From Vicinamibacterales bacterium (GTDB lineage: Bacteria; Acidobacteriota; Vicinamibacteria; Vicinamibacterales; CAVVIG01), in contig CBDANZ010000004.1 in the NCBI GenBank assembly GCA_965197865.1, positions 113,577-177,576 on the forward strand: DNA of 64,000 bases, given 5' to 3'. Below, one piece after another: positions 39,672-48,708 of this stretch; the first letter of the stretch is position 1, and every line of letters begins with the position of its first letter. Position numbers and translations under genes: made by a program. The notes below the pieces were generated by a model. That model made no database searches, was not told where the DNA came from, and saw only the letters and a program-made list of their open reading frames with translations.

Positions 39672-41070
39672 GAGTGAGTGCTAGTCTCAGTTGAAATTCG
39701 GGTGGCGACCCCGTATAGGAATGAGCGTTCCACCAAGAACGGCACATTCCAGGAGGTCACCACCCAGGGCGCGCAAAGTACGACAGATGCGAGGAAAAGG
39801 AAACCACATCGGCCTGGTGCCGGTACCGTCGATGGCGGCCCCGGACCTGGACACGCGCATTGCGTTGATCCAGGCGCTGATTCCGGTGGCGCTCGAGAAG
39901 GTGCACGTCGAGTGGCAGGCCGATGTGGAGCGGCTCGCTGGCGAGCGGTATGTGCGGGAGGGCCGGCGGCTGGGCCACGTGCGCTGGACGGCGCAACGGG
40001 GGTCGATTTACTTGGCCGATCAGAAGATTCCGCTCGCGGTGCCGCGGGTGCGCGATCGCCTGCGGAACCAGGAGGTGCCGCTGCCCACCTACGAGCAGTT
40101 GCAGGCACCGCGCACCCGCGACGCCGGGCTGCTGCACAAGGTCCTCGGCGGCTTGTCCACCCGAGAATACGAGCGGTGCGCGGAGGCGGTCCCGGAGGCC
40201 TTCGGCTTGAGCGCCTCGACGGTGTCGCGTCGCTTCAAGCGGGCCAGTGCGCGAAAGCTGCAGGAACGGCTGGAACGGCGCCTCGACCGCGACGACGTGG
40301 TCGCCCTGCTCCTCGACGGCAAGACGTTCGCGGAGGATGAGAGGGTCGCGGCCGTCGGCATCACGATCACCGGGGAGAAAGTGCTCCTCGGGTTCGTGCA
40401 AACGGCCACCGAGAATCGGAAGGTCTGTGCGGCATTCCTCCGCGAGCTCGTGGACCGCGGGCTGCGCACGGACCTCGGCCTCCTCGTCGTGACCGACGGC
40501 GCCAAAGGGTTGCACGCGGCGGTCCGCGAGGTGTTCGGGACGGCGGCCCGGCTGCAGCGCTGTCAGTGGCATAAGCGCGAGAATGTCCTGGCCTATCTTC
40601 CGGAGCGTCACCGGCCGACCCTGCGCCGGAAGCTGCAGGCGGCGTATGAGCAGCCGACGTACGAGGCCGCCAAGCGCGCGCTGGGAAAGGTCCGCGCCGA
40701 ACGGGTCCTTCTCAATGCCTCCGCAGTGGCAAGCTTGGACGAGGGCCTGGAGGAGACGCTCACCCTTCATCACCTCGGCGTCTTTCGCAAGCTGGGCACG
40801 AGCTTGAAAACGACCAGTGCGCTCGAGTCGATCCACGCCCGTGTCGAGAGCCGTATCGCCAAGGTCGATCACTGGAAGAACAGCGAGCAGAAGCAGCGCT
40901 GGTTGGCCACCGCATTGCTCGATCTCGAGCCGCGGCTGCACCGCATCAAGAACTTCCGAGCGCTGCCCTTGCTGCGTGTCGCATTCACGCGACAGATCGA
41001 AGGAATGAAGAAGTCGGCGGCGTAAACCAGAGGGTCGTCACAGAATGTCAACTACGAATGGCATTGACTT
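39672..41070 (+). mobile_element. IS256-family IS, type 3 (1399 bp) with 8-bp target duplication
   Basis: Ends GAGTGAGTGCTAGTCTCAGTTGAAATTCGGGTGGCGACC.. and ..GGTCGTCACAGAATGTCAACTACGAATGGCATTGACTT. Direct repeat TTTGCCGG at 39664..39671 and 41071..41078. Confidence 0.88.
39691..41025 (+). CDS. IS256-family transposase (type 3)
   Basis: 444-codon ORF (ATG 39787 is the likelier start). LLLDGKTFAEDERVAAVGITITGEKVLLGF, CQWHKRENVLAYLP, TTSALESIHA. Confidence 0.88.
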   Translation: MKFGWRPRIGMSVPPRTAHSRRSPPRARKVRQMRGKGNHIGLVPVPSMAAPDLDTRIALIQALIPVALEKVHVEWQADVERLAGERYVREGRRLGHVRWTAQRGSIYLADQKIPLAVPRVRDRLRNQEVPLPTYEQLQAPRTRDAGLLHKVLGGLSTREYERCAEAVPEAFGLSASTVSRRFKRASARKLQERLERRLDRDDVVALLLDGKTFAEDERVAAVGITITGEKVLLGFVQTATENRKVCAAFLRELVDRGLRTDLGLLVVTDGAKGLHAAVREVFGTAARLQRCQWHKRENVLAYLPERHRPTLRRKLQAAYEQPTYEAAKRALGKVRAERVLLNASAVASLDEGLEETLTLHHLGVFRKLGTSLKTTSALESIHARVESRIAKVDHWKNSEQKQRWLATALLDLEPRLHRIKNFRALPLLRVAFTRQIEGMKKSAA

Positions 41071-42274
41071 TTTGCCGGCGCCTCGGACGCAATGGTCCTG
41101 TCTACCGGAGACCGACAGGTCAATGCCAATGGCGCAGTCGTCAACGAACCGCTTCGCGCCAGTCTTCTTGTTGCGACTTACGAGAAATACCTCGGCCTCT
41201 TCTGCGGCGGTGGCATTCCCAGCGATCTTCGCGATACGTGTATTGTGGCCGACGAGATCAACATTCTTGGTGACCAGTCTCGCGGTGTACATGTTGAAAC
41301 GCTTCTCACCCTGCTTCGCCAAGGTCGACCAGTGCAGTTCATTGGGCTTTCTGCTGTTCTCACTGAACAGGACGGCCACAGTCTTGCCGATTGGTTACAC
41401 GTGAAGCTTGTCCGTGTAACACACCGAGAGAAACACCTTCGCTATGAGTGTCGCACACCGACGACGCGATTCACTTTTCACACTGGAACACCTGGCGAAG
41501 GTATTCGTGATGAACGCGTGGGGCCTGGGATGGCAACGGATCCGCACGCTCTAATCAGTGAATGCATGAGCGGGAACGACGGTAAACCTGTCGTTGTTTT
41601 CTGTATGAGTAAGAGGGAGATGTACAGTGGTTGCCGGACATATTGTCAATCACACGATATTCCCCTGGAGGGTGCGCCGTTGCTTGAAGGACTTAGCATG
41701 GACACACCCGAGGCTGCATTACTGTCAGCCACGATGCCTCACGGGGTCGCCATTCATTGCGCGGACCTGGTGGAAGCCGATCGGTTAAAGGTCGAGGAAG
41801 CACTTAAGGCTCACGAAGTCAACTTAATCTTCGCCACATCAACATTAGCTGCGGGGGTAAATGTCCCACTTGGAACGGCCATTTGTTATTCATGGAAGCG
41901 CTGGAATTGTGATCGCCGGTGCTACGAGCCCATCTCGGCTGGCGAATTTCACAACATGGCTGGGCGTTGTGGCAGGATGGGAACCGAGCATGAACACGGC
42001 CACGTGATCTTTCTCGCAAATGACGGATATAGCGATCAGATCGCGATTCAGACTTTTCTCAATCCGGATCACCTGGACAGCTTAGACAGTCACATCTCGC
42101 CGGATCATTTCACGCCGCTCGTGCTCCAACTGGCAGCGTCCAACGTGGTGAGTACAGAGCATGATGCGCTGACCTTTCTGAAGGCCACGTTCGGCGCTTC
42201 ACGGGAACTGGAGGTCAATGCTGCTGGTCTTGCTCATTGGGATGCGCCGTTTCGGGAAGTCGTAGCTGAACTTC

Positions 42275-42990
42275 GTGGCTGGACGTTTCTCAGATGACCC
42301 CACCGTCGAGCAGGCTCTCCGTTACGCCAATCGGGGTGTCGTTGCTCAGTCTGTCCTCCATCCGCGTAGCGCGATTCAGTTAATCGAATATACCGCACGC
42401 GGCGCGAACGATTTGCTCGCCTTGACCAATTCCGAGACAGACGAGCAAACACTTCGCTACGCCCTTCTGCACGCGGCCTATTCGTCCGACGAGTACAGCA
42501 ACCGCGGCGGCGACAAAGTGCTGCCTTGCCAGCTCGATCCCATTGTCCAGAACGATCTCGCAGTTCAAGCTGAACCCTACCTGATCGAGCATCCATGGGT
42601 GCGCAACCCTAAGTCGGCAAATGCGGCACTGCTGGCCATGCGATGGGCCAAGGGCGAGCCAAGGAATGCACTTTCTCCTGAGTTTCAGACAATCGGTTCT
42701 GGTGTCCTGCAGACCATGTTCCGGGAGGGTAGAGAGATTCTATTTGCCTTGTCTGATTGCCTGATCGCTGGCACGGCTCCGCATCTTACCGATGCAGACC
42801 GTCCAGAAGTGTGCCGTGGCAACGCTGACTGGCTTCGAGATCTGCGCAATTTGGCTTCCGTCATCCGTACACAAGCCATCCCACTTGTCGAAGGTCTCCC
42901 AGGTGAAGTGACGTGGCTTGCCAGGTTGACCGTTGGAGGCACTGGCCTGCGGCTCTTGTCGAGGACCGCCATCATGGCGTTGTTCACTAA
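42275..42990 (+). pseudogene. continuation of the Ski2-like helicase (WH/ratchet-like region) in another frame, 3'-truncated by an IS407-type element
   Basis: GTG 42275 overlaps the helicase stop by 23 nt. ..ALRYANRGVVAQSVLHPRSAIQLIEY.. reads like the post-RecA2 region of Hel308-type helicases. The ORF runs into the IS IR at 42991. Confidence 0.5.
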
Positions 42991-43016
42991 TGAGGGGCTC
43001 CGGCTTTTTCGGACCA

Positions 43017-43835
43017 CTACGCGGGTGAGTCCGCAGCCGTTGTCATCGTTCGCCGGGCGTATTCATTAGGGCTGAGCCCCTTGAGAGCCCGGTGAGGATG
43101 ATTCTCATTGTAGTCCCACCGAAACGCGTCGATCTTCTGCTGCGCGTCCTCGAGCGACGCGAACCAATGCACGTTCAGACATTCCTCCCGGAACCGCCCG
43201 TTGAACGATTCGATGGTGGCGTTGTCCGTGGGCTTGCCGCGCCGGCTGAAGTCCAGGATGACGCCGTTGGTGTAGGCCCAGCGCTCCATCGCCGAGCTGA
43301 CGAACTCGGTCCCGTTGTCGCAGTAGATCCGTTGGGGCAACCCGCGCTCGAATCGGAGATGCTCCAGCGTCGCCGCGACATCCTGTCCGCGAAGGCCCTG
43401 TTCGACCTCGATCGCCAGGCATTCGCGGGTAAACAGGTCTATGACGGTGAGCGTCCGGAAGCGGCGGCCGTCGGCCAGCTCGTCCGCCACGAAATCCATG
43501 CTCCAGATATCGTTGCGGGTCATGGCTGGCCGTCGCTGCTCGTGATGGCCGGCCGTCGCGTGGCGCCACGGGCGCTTCCGCCGGAGCGCTAGGCCTTCCT
43601 CGATGTACACGCGATAGAAGCGCTCTTTGCCGACGTCCCAGCCTTCGCGCCGCAGCAACACCAGCAGCCGGCGATAGCCGAACCGGACGCGCGCCTGGGC
43701 CAGTTCGTGCGCCCGCTGACGCAGAGCCGTGAGCGGATCCTTCCGGCGCGTGTAGTACACCGATGACCGCGTCGTCTTCACGACGCGGCAGGCGCGGCGG
43801 ATGCTCACGCCGTAGCGGCCCATCAAATACTGCAT
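43017..43835 (-). CDS. IS3-family transposase OrfB (rve core)
   Basis: WSMDFVADELADGRRFRTLTVIDLFTRECLAI, YCDNGTEFVS, KPTDNATIESFNGRFREECL. Confidence 0.9.
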   Translation of the reverse strand: MQYLMGRYGVSIRRACRVVKTTRSSVYYTRRKDPLTALRQRAHELAQARVRFGYRRLLVLLRREGWDVGKERFYRVYIEEGLALRRKRPWRHATAGHHEQRRPAMTRNDIWSMDFVADELADGRRFRTLTVIDLFTRECLAIEVEQGLRGQDVAATLEHLRFERGLPQRIYCDNGTEFVSSAMERWAYTNGVILDFSRRGKPTDNATIESFNGRFREECLNVHWFASLEDAQQKIDAFRWDYNENHPHRALKGLSPNEYARRTMTTAADSPA

Positions 43836-43858
43836 GACCTCACGCTGTTTGACGGGCT

Positions 43859-44164
43859 TCAGAACTTTTTTTCGACGACATCCTGGAGCATGACCTTGTC
43901 CAGGGACAGGTCGGCGACGAGACGCTTGAGCTTCGTATTTTCGTCCCGCAGTTGTTTCAGCTCGCGGGCCTCACTGGGCAGCATGCCGCCGTATTCCTTC
44001 TTCCAGCGGTAGAACGTCTGCTCGGACACGCCGACCTGGCGGCAGACGTCCCCGACCGGTACCCCGGCCCCGACCTGCTGCAACACGCCGGTGATCTGCT
44101 CGACGGAAAAGCGCGTTCTCTTCACGGCACACCCTCCTGGCCGATCGGCCTGATTGTGCCGCAA
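43859..44164 (-). CDS. IS3-family transposase OrfA (HTH plus leucine zipper)
   Basis: RTRFSVEQITGVLQQVGAGVPVGDVCRQVGVSEQTFYRWKKEYGG and ELKQLRDENTKLKRLVADL. GTG 44125 is a likelier start than TTG 44164. Confidence 0.88.
   Translation of the reverse strand: MRHNQADRPGGCAVKRTRFSVEQITGVLQQVGAGVPVGDVCRQVGVSEQTFYRWKKEYGGMLPSEARELKQLRDENTKLKRLVADLSLDKVMLQDVVEKKF
43865..43872 (-). promoter_or_regulatory. A AAA AAG slippery heptamer for -1 programmed frameshift (orfA-orfB fusion)
   Basis: The coding strand reads GTC GAA AAA AAG TTC TGA. A -1 slip gives ..KKVLKPVKQREVMQYLMGRYG.., continuous with orfB. Confidence 0.75.
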
Positions 44165-44225
44165 GACTCACCCTGGCAATGGTCTGAAAAACCCGGAGCC
44201 CCTCAATCGTGTCGCGGTACTCCTG

Positions 44226-44792
44226 TCACGCGATGTGCTGCGGGGCGAGGGGGAAACTCAGATCGGCGAGCCAACGGCGATAGGGGCGCGTCCATCCGGC
44301 GCGTCCGGGATAGCGGCGGCCCTGCCGCAGGAGAAACGCCTTCAAGCGATGCTTGGCTTGCGTCCTCAGGCCGACGGCATCCTCGCGGGCGCGGACGAGG
44401 TCACGGAGCGCCTCATCCTCCGGCATCGGGATGTAAATGGCCGTGAGCTCGCCGGCGCGATGCAACCGGGCCCAAGCATCGTCATCCCGCCGATCGGTTT
44501 TGATCCGATCACCGCTCCGCTTCGGCATGCTCGACGGATTGACGACGACGCAGTCTTCTCCCTGTGCCGTGAGAGCGCGGTGAATGCCAAACCCGCATGG
44601 GCCGGCCTCGTACACGAAGCGCAACCGGCGCGCCGGCTTCCGCAGCGCCCGGACCACCTTGGTCACCGCCTCCAGGTCACCGGGAATCACCCCGTAGTGC
44701 CGGACCTCGCCGGCTCGCCCCTCCTCGGCAATCGAGATGTCGATCGATTCTTTGTGGACATCCATCCCTACGAACATGCTACGTTTCGCCAT
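44226..44792 (-). pseudogene. IS110-family transposase, N-terminal half only
   Basis: MAKRSMFVGMDVHKESIDISIAEEG.. from ATG 44792. The C-terminal half is replaced by the IS407-like element ending at 44205. Confidence 0.8.
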
Positions 44793-44969
44793 GGCCTGCC
44801 TCCGTTGGTGTGTGGCTCTGGGCGGCGCCCTCATCGGCGCCGCCTAACCCACGACAACAACGTGAGGCAGGTCTCTTCGTCCGACCGCTGCGCATCACAC
44901 AGCCACACTGTCTAGTTGCGTTTTTCATGATGCTGTGGTGACTGCGTAACCGCTGTCGAAGCTCCGCAC

Positions 44970-45680
44970 GTGAGCGTCTATGAACCATTGACCTACGATC
45001 AGTTGATGAGCCACTCCGTCCGCCATCATCTTCGCCTTGAGATTGATGCCTACGACGAGACCATCCGTACGTTCATCCCAGGCTACGAAGAAGGCTTGGC
45101 GAGGGCTGCCAACGAAATCGCTGGTGTTCGCCCAACCCTGGTGCTTGACCTCGGCGCGGGAACGGGCGCCTTGGCTGAAGCGATGCTGGACCATGAACGC
45201 GTCGGTGCCGTTGAAGCCATCGACATCGATCCGGAGATGCTGGCCCAGGCGCGCCTTCGGCTCAAGCGATTTGGGACCCGCGCTCGTATCCGCCGGCGGT
45301 CGTTCGAGGCGCCGCTCCCCACGTGTGACGCCGTGGCCACGGCCCTCGCCCTGCACCACGTTCCCACCATGGCACGCAAACTCACGCTTTATACACGCAT
45401 TTACCGGGCGCTCCGCCCCGGTGGCGTCTTCGTGAACGCCGACGTGGCCATCAGCGCACACCCTGGGGCGCGCGAGCAGTCGTACCGGCGATGGGCCACG
45501 CACCTGGTGTCGTGCGGCATTGACGAACAGCGCGCCTATGAGCACTTCGCCGCGTGGTCGGCGGAGGACACCTACTTTTCAGTCGACGACGAACTCGCGG
45601 CCATGCGCGAAGCTAAATTCCAGGCTGACTGTATCTGGCAGGATCGCCCACACACTCTCCTGGTAGGACGCAAGATCTGA
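44970..45680 (+). CDS. class I SAM-dependent methyltransferase, 236 aa
   Basis: Motif I VLDLGAGTG, then IDIDPEML and GGVFVNAD. Confidence 0.75.
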   Translation: MSVYEPLTYDQLMSHSVRHHLRLEIDAYDETIRTFIPGYEEGLARAANEIAGVRPTLVLDLGAGTGALAEAMLDHERVGAVEAIDIDPEMLAQARLRLKRFGTRARIRRRSFEAPLPTCDAVATALALHHVPTMARKLTLYTRIYRALRPGGVFVNADVAISAHPGAREQSYRRWATHLVSCGIDEQRAYEHFAAWSAEDTYFSVDDELAAMREAKFQADCIWQDRPHTLLVGRKI

Positions 45681-46033
45681 GCCCCGGTCTACGGGAATCT
45701 TGATGTCCTCCGTATATCGGCTTCGGGTTCAGCCTCCGTGCGCGGCGGAGTCGACGTGTCGCACGCGCGGGCCGTGACTCGGTGAATCCCTCCAATCTTG
45801 CGTGCCGATGCATGCCAACACGACGTTCGACTGAGCGGTTACCCCAACCGCTACACGGTGATGAAAAGCGCTTTAGGTGAGCAACCATGACCGACGACGA
45901 GGTGGAGCTTTGGCAGCGTTCGTTATTGGTGATGCGATCGTCGATGGTCGCGGATATACAACAATTCGTCAAATGAGCGATTGAGCAATAGATGCGGGGT
46001 TGCGCTTAGCAGTCTGTGTTTAAACCCTGCGAT

Positions 46034-46879
46034 TCACGCGGCGACGGGTAGCAGCTCAAAACAATGACGCGGCGACGACCCCGGCGATCGATCAACGAAT
46101 CTTGGTTCATGGTTCCCCCAGAGAGCGCCGAGGCGCGCCCATACGGCGATGAAGACAGCCAAGACGCCTGCGGCGCGGCCCTGCAAGCGCCGTGGCGTGC
46201 CGATGCCGAGGCACTGGCGCATCGCGAGCCCCAAGTTGAAGCCGCCGCCATGAATCAGTAGACGCTTCAAGATGTTGTCGTGTCCCCGCAAGTGCGTGCG
46301 TCGCATCCCGCCGGTCTCATAGAGGTGGGCAAACGATCGCTCGGCGAGTTCCGCCCGTCGCCGCCGCAAGCGTCGCCCGCGGGCGCCCCGGAGACGGCGG
46401 CGATTCCCATGGACGGGCGCGTACGCATCCGGCGCGTCGGACCAATCGCGCCGGCCACGGTCGGGTTCCGAAATGTACGACCGCAGGCCCACCGCAGCCA
46501 GGTCTACCATCGTCTCGTTGCTGTGATAGCCCTTGTCCGCGACGATGTCCTCCAACCTCCCGCGCGCGTCGGTCGTCGCGTGCGCGGCTTCCACCTGTTC
46601 GGCCGCCGTGATCGCCGCCGTGACAAGCGTCCTCGTGTCGCCCTGATCGGCGCCCTGCACCGTCACCGCGACCAACGCGCCGCTCTCCAGATCGATCGCA
46701 TGCTCGGCTTTGTGCGCCAAGTGCGTCTGGCCGTCTTTCATTTTCGCGACCTTCGCATCAGGATCGCTGGGGCTGGTCCACTCGCTGTTCGAGGTTTTCT
46801 TCTTCCGCGTGCGATCAAACCGCGCCAAGACTTCGCGCGTCGGCGTCTTGATCCCCGAGGCGGCGGCGAGGCGGGTCAG
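46034..46879 (-). pseudogene. IS1182/IS5-type DDE transposase, C-terminal part, cut by IS3 copy B
   Basis: IVADKGYHSNE and AERSFAHLYETGGMRRTHLRGHDNILKRLLIHGGGFNLGL. The N-terminus is missing at the 46880 boundary. Confidence 0.75.
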
Positions 46880-46921
46880 TGAACCGTACCGGGTTTCTCG
46901 GAGACCTCATTACTTGGGAGG

Positions 46922-47251
46922 ATGGGGTCTATGGGACGTCCAAGTCGGTTTTCTCCGGAGGTGCGTGAGCGCGCGGTTCGAATGGTCGAGGAGCATCGCG
47001 CCACCCACGCGTCGGAGTGGGGCGTGTTGCAGTCGGTGGCGCCGAAGCTTGGCTGCACGGCCGAGACGCTACGGAAGTGGGTACGCCAGGCACAGCGTGA
47101 CGCCGGCTATCGCCCAGGGTTGACGACGAGCGAGCGAGAGCGCCTCAAGGAACTGGAGCGCGAGGTTCGCGAGCTGAAGCGGGCGAACGAGATCCTGCGG
47201 AAGGCGTCCGCGTATTTTGCCCAGGCGGAGCTCGACCGCCGCGGGAAGTGA
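46922..47251 (+). CDS. IS3-family transposase OrfA
   Basis: Protein identical to 5695..6024. Confidence 0.9.
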   Translation: MGSMGRPSRFSPEVRERAVRMVEEHRATHASEWGVLQSVAPKLGCTAETLRKWVRQAQRDAGYRPGLTTSERERLKELEREVRELKRANEILRKASAYFAQAELDRRGK

Positions 47252-48144
47252 TGGTTCGCTTCATTCACGACCATCGGGATCAGTACGGGGTCGAGCCGAT
47301 CTGCACCGTGCTGCCGATCGCCCCCTCGACGTATCACCGCCATCGGGCGGCGCAGGTCGATCCGACGCGTCGCTCGGCCCGGGCACAACGCGATGATGCG
47401 CTGCGCCCGGAGATTCAGCGGGTGTATGACGAGCATCATCAGGTGTACGGGCCGCGCAAGGTCTGGAAACAGCTGCGTCGCGAAGGGTTCTGCGTGGCAC
47501 GAGGCACGGTGGGTCGGCTGATGCGGGCGATGGGCCTGGAAGGCGCGGGGCGTGGGCGCGCGTGGATCACGACCACGCACGCGGGCAATGGCAGCCGGCC
47601 CGCAGATCTCGTCGATCGCCAGTTCGTGGCGACCCGTCCGAATCAGCTCTGGGTCTCAGACTTCACCTACGTGGCGACCTGGGGTGGGTTCACCTACGTG
47701 GCGTTCGTGATCGACGTCTTCGCGCGGCGCATCGTGGGCTGGCGGGTGTCGGCCTCGATGCGCACGGACTTCGTGCTCGACGCCTTGGAGCAGGCCATCT
47801 ATGCGCGCCGCGGCGACGCGCTGACCAGCCTCGTGCATCACAGCGATCGCGGCACGCAGTATCTTTCGATGCGGTACACGGATCGTCTCGCGGCCGCCGG
47901 CATTGCGCCATCGGTCGGGAGCCAAGGCGATGCGTTCGATAACGCCCTCGCCGAGTCGGTGATCGGACTCTACAAGACGGAGGTGATTCGACGACGAGGG
48001 CCGTGGCGCACGCTCGAGGCCGTGGAATTCGCCACGCTGGAGTGGGTGGATTGGTTCAACATGCGGCGGTTGCTGGGACCGATTGGAGACGTGCCGCCGG
48101 CGGAGTTTGAAGCGCAGTACTATGAGCAGGCCAAGGTGGCCTGA
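47248..48144 (+). CDS. IS3-family transposase OrfB
   Basis: Protein identical to 4802..5698. Confidence 0.9.
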   Translation: MMVRFIHDHRDQYGVEPICTVLPIAPSTYHRHRAAQVDPTRRSARAQRDDALRPEIQRVYDEHHQVYGPRKVWKQLRREGFCVARGTVGRLMRAMGLEGAGRGRAWITTTHAGNGSRPADLVDRQFVATRPNQLWVSDFTYVATWGGFTYVAFVIDVFARRIVGWRVSASMRTDFVLDALEQAIYARRGDALTSLVHHSDRGTQYLSMRYTDRLAAAGIAPSVGSQGDAFDNALAESVIGLYKTEVIRRRGPWRTLEAVEFATLEWVDWFNMRRLLGPIGDVPPAEFEAQYYEQAKVA

Positions 48145-48309
48145 TTCAATGAATCCAGTCTCCGAGAAACCCGGTACGGTTCAGTCGCCAGACATGGGGA
48201 ACTTGACAGTGCCGCCGAGCGGGGGACGTCCGCACGCCAGGTGCGTCCACGGCGCCGCCGGTCTCGGCTACGGTGCAGGAGGCTAGCGCCTGACCCCAAA
48301 CGGCCGTGG

Positions 48310-48470
48310 CCGATCTGCATGTGTCGAAACGGCCGTTTGCGACACACCGGCGGGGGCGCCTTCAGACGAGCCCCGCGGTGTGTCGTATCCCGTGTCTGAT
48401 TCTATGTCTTGCAGACGTCAGGCGTATGTGTCAGTGCCGTGCGCCGAACGCGCCCTACGAAGTGAACGGA
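48310..48470 (-). promoter_or_regulatory. orphan res-like site (inverted copy of 16340..16492) with no resolvase gene
   Basis: The reverse complement reads ..GACACGGGATACGACACACCGCGGGG..GTGTCGCAAACGGCCGTTTCGACACATGCAGATCGG, which includes only the first 4 resolvase codons. Palindrome at 48321..48345. Confidence 0.55.
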
Positions 48471-48638
48471 CGGATGGCCTCGGTGACCGCTTCACTTAAG
48501 CCCACGCCACAGTGGAAGGGTCGGCCTCAGTCTCCGGACGCCGTCGCGACTCTACTGCAGCTTGCCTCGACAGCATCCCGGTTTCTTCGATTTCTGGTGT
48601 CGGGCGCCGCGCCCGTACGACGGCTCCAAAGAAATGAG

Positions 48639-48664
48639 ATCTCCGAGAAACCCTGTACGATTCA
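48639..48664. repeat. solo, degenerate IS3 terminal IR
   Basis: ATCTCCGAGAAACCCTGTACGATTCA versus the IS3 IR GTCTCCGAGAAACCCGGTACGGTTCA (3 mismatches). No adjacent IS body. Confidence 0.6.
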
Positions 48665-48708
48665 CCGTCGACCGGATTATCGCTTCTCGAGGCATAAGGT
48701 CACGGTGG

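Larger units (their letters stand above)
39394..42297 (+). pseudogene. Ski2/Hel308-like SF2 helicase interrupted by an IS256-family element
   Basis: 39394..39671 (APTSTGKT; LVTHRSLAKQ) and 41079..42297 (VADEINILGD, FATSTLAAGVNVP, MAGRCGRMG) join in frame (..LLGSLFAGASDAMVLSTGD..) once 39672..41070 and one TSD copy are removed. Confidence 0.8.
42991..44205 (-). mobile_element. IS3-family IS (IS407-like), 1215 bp
   Basis: IRs TGAGGGGCTCCGGCTTTTTCGGACCA (starting at 42991) and TGGTCTGAAAAACCCGGAGCCCCTCA (ending at 44205). The flanks differ (CTAA versus ATCG). Confidence 0.88.
46880..48183 (+). mobile_element. IS3-family IS, copy B (1304 bp)
   Basis: The same 26-bp IRs as copy A, at 46880..46905 and 48158..48183. 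Confidence 0.9.
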
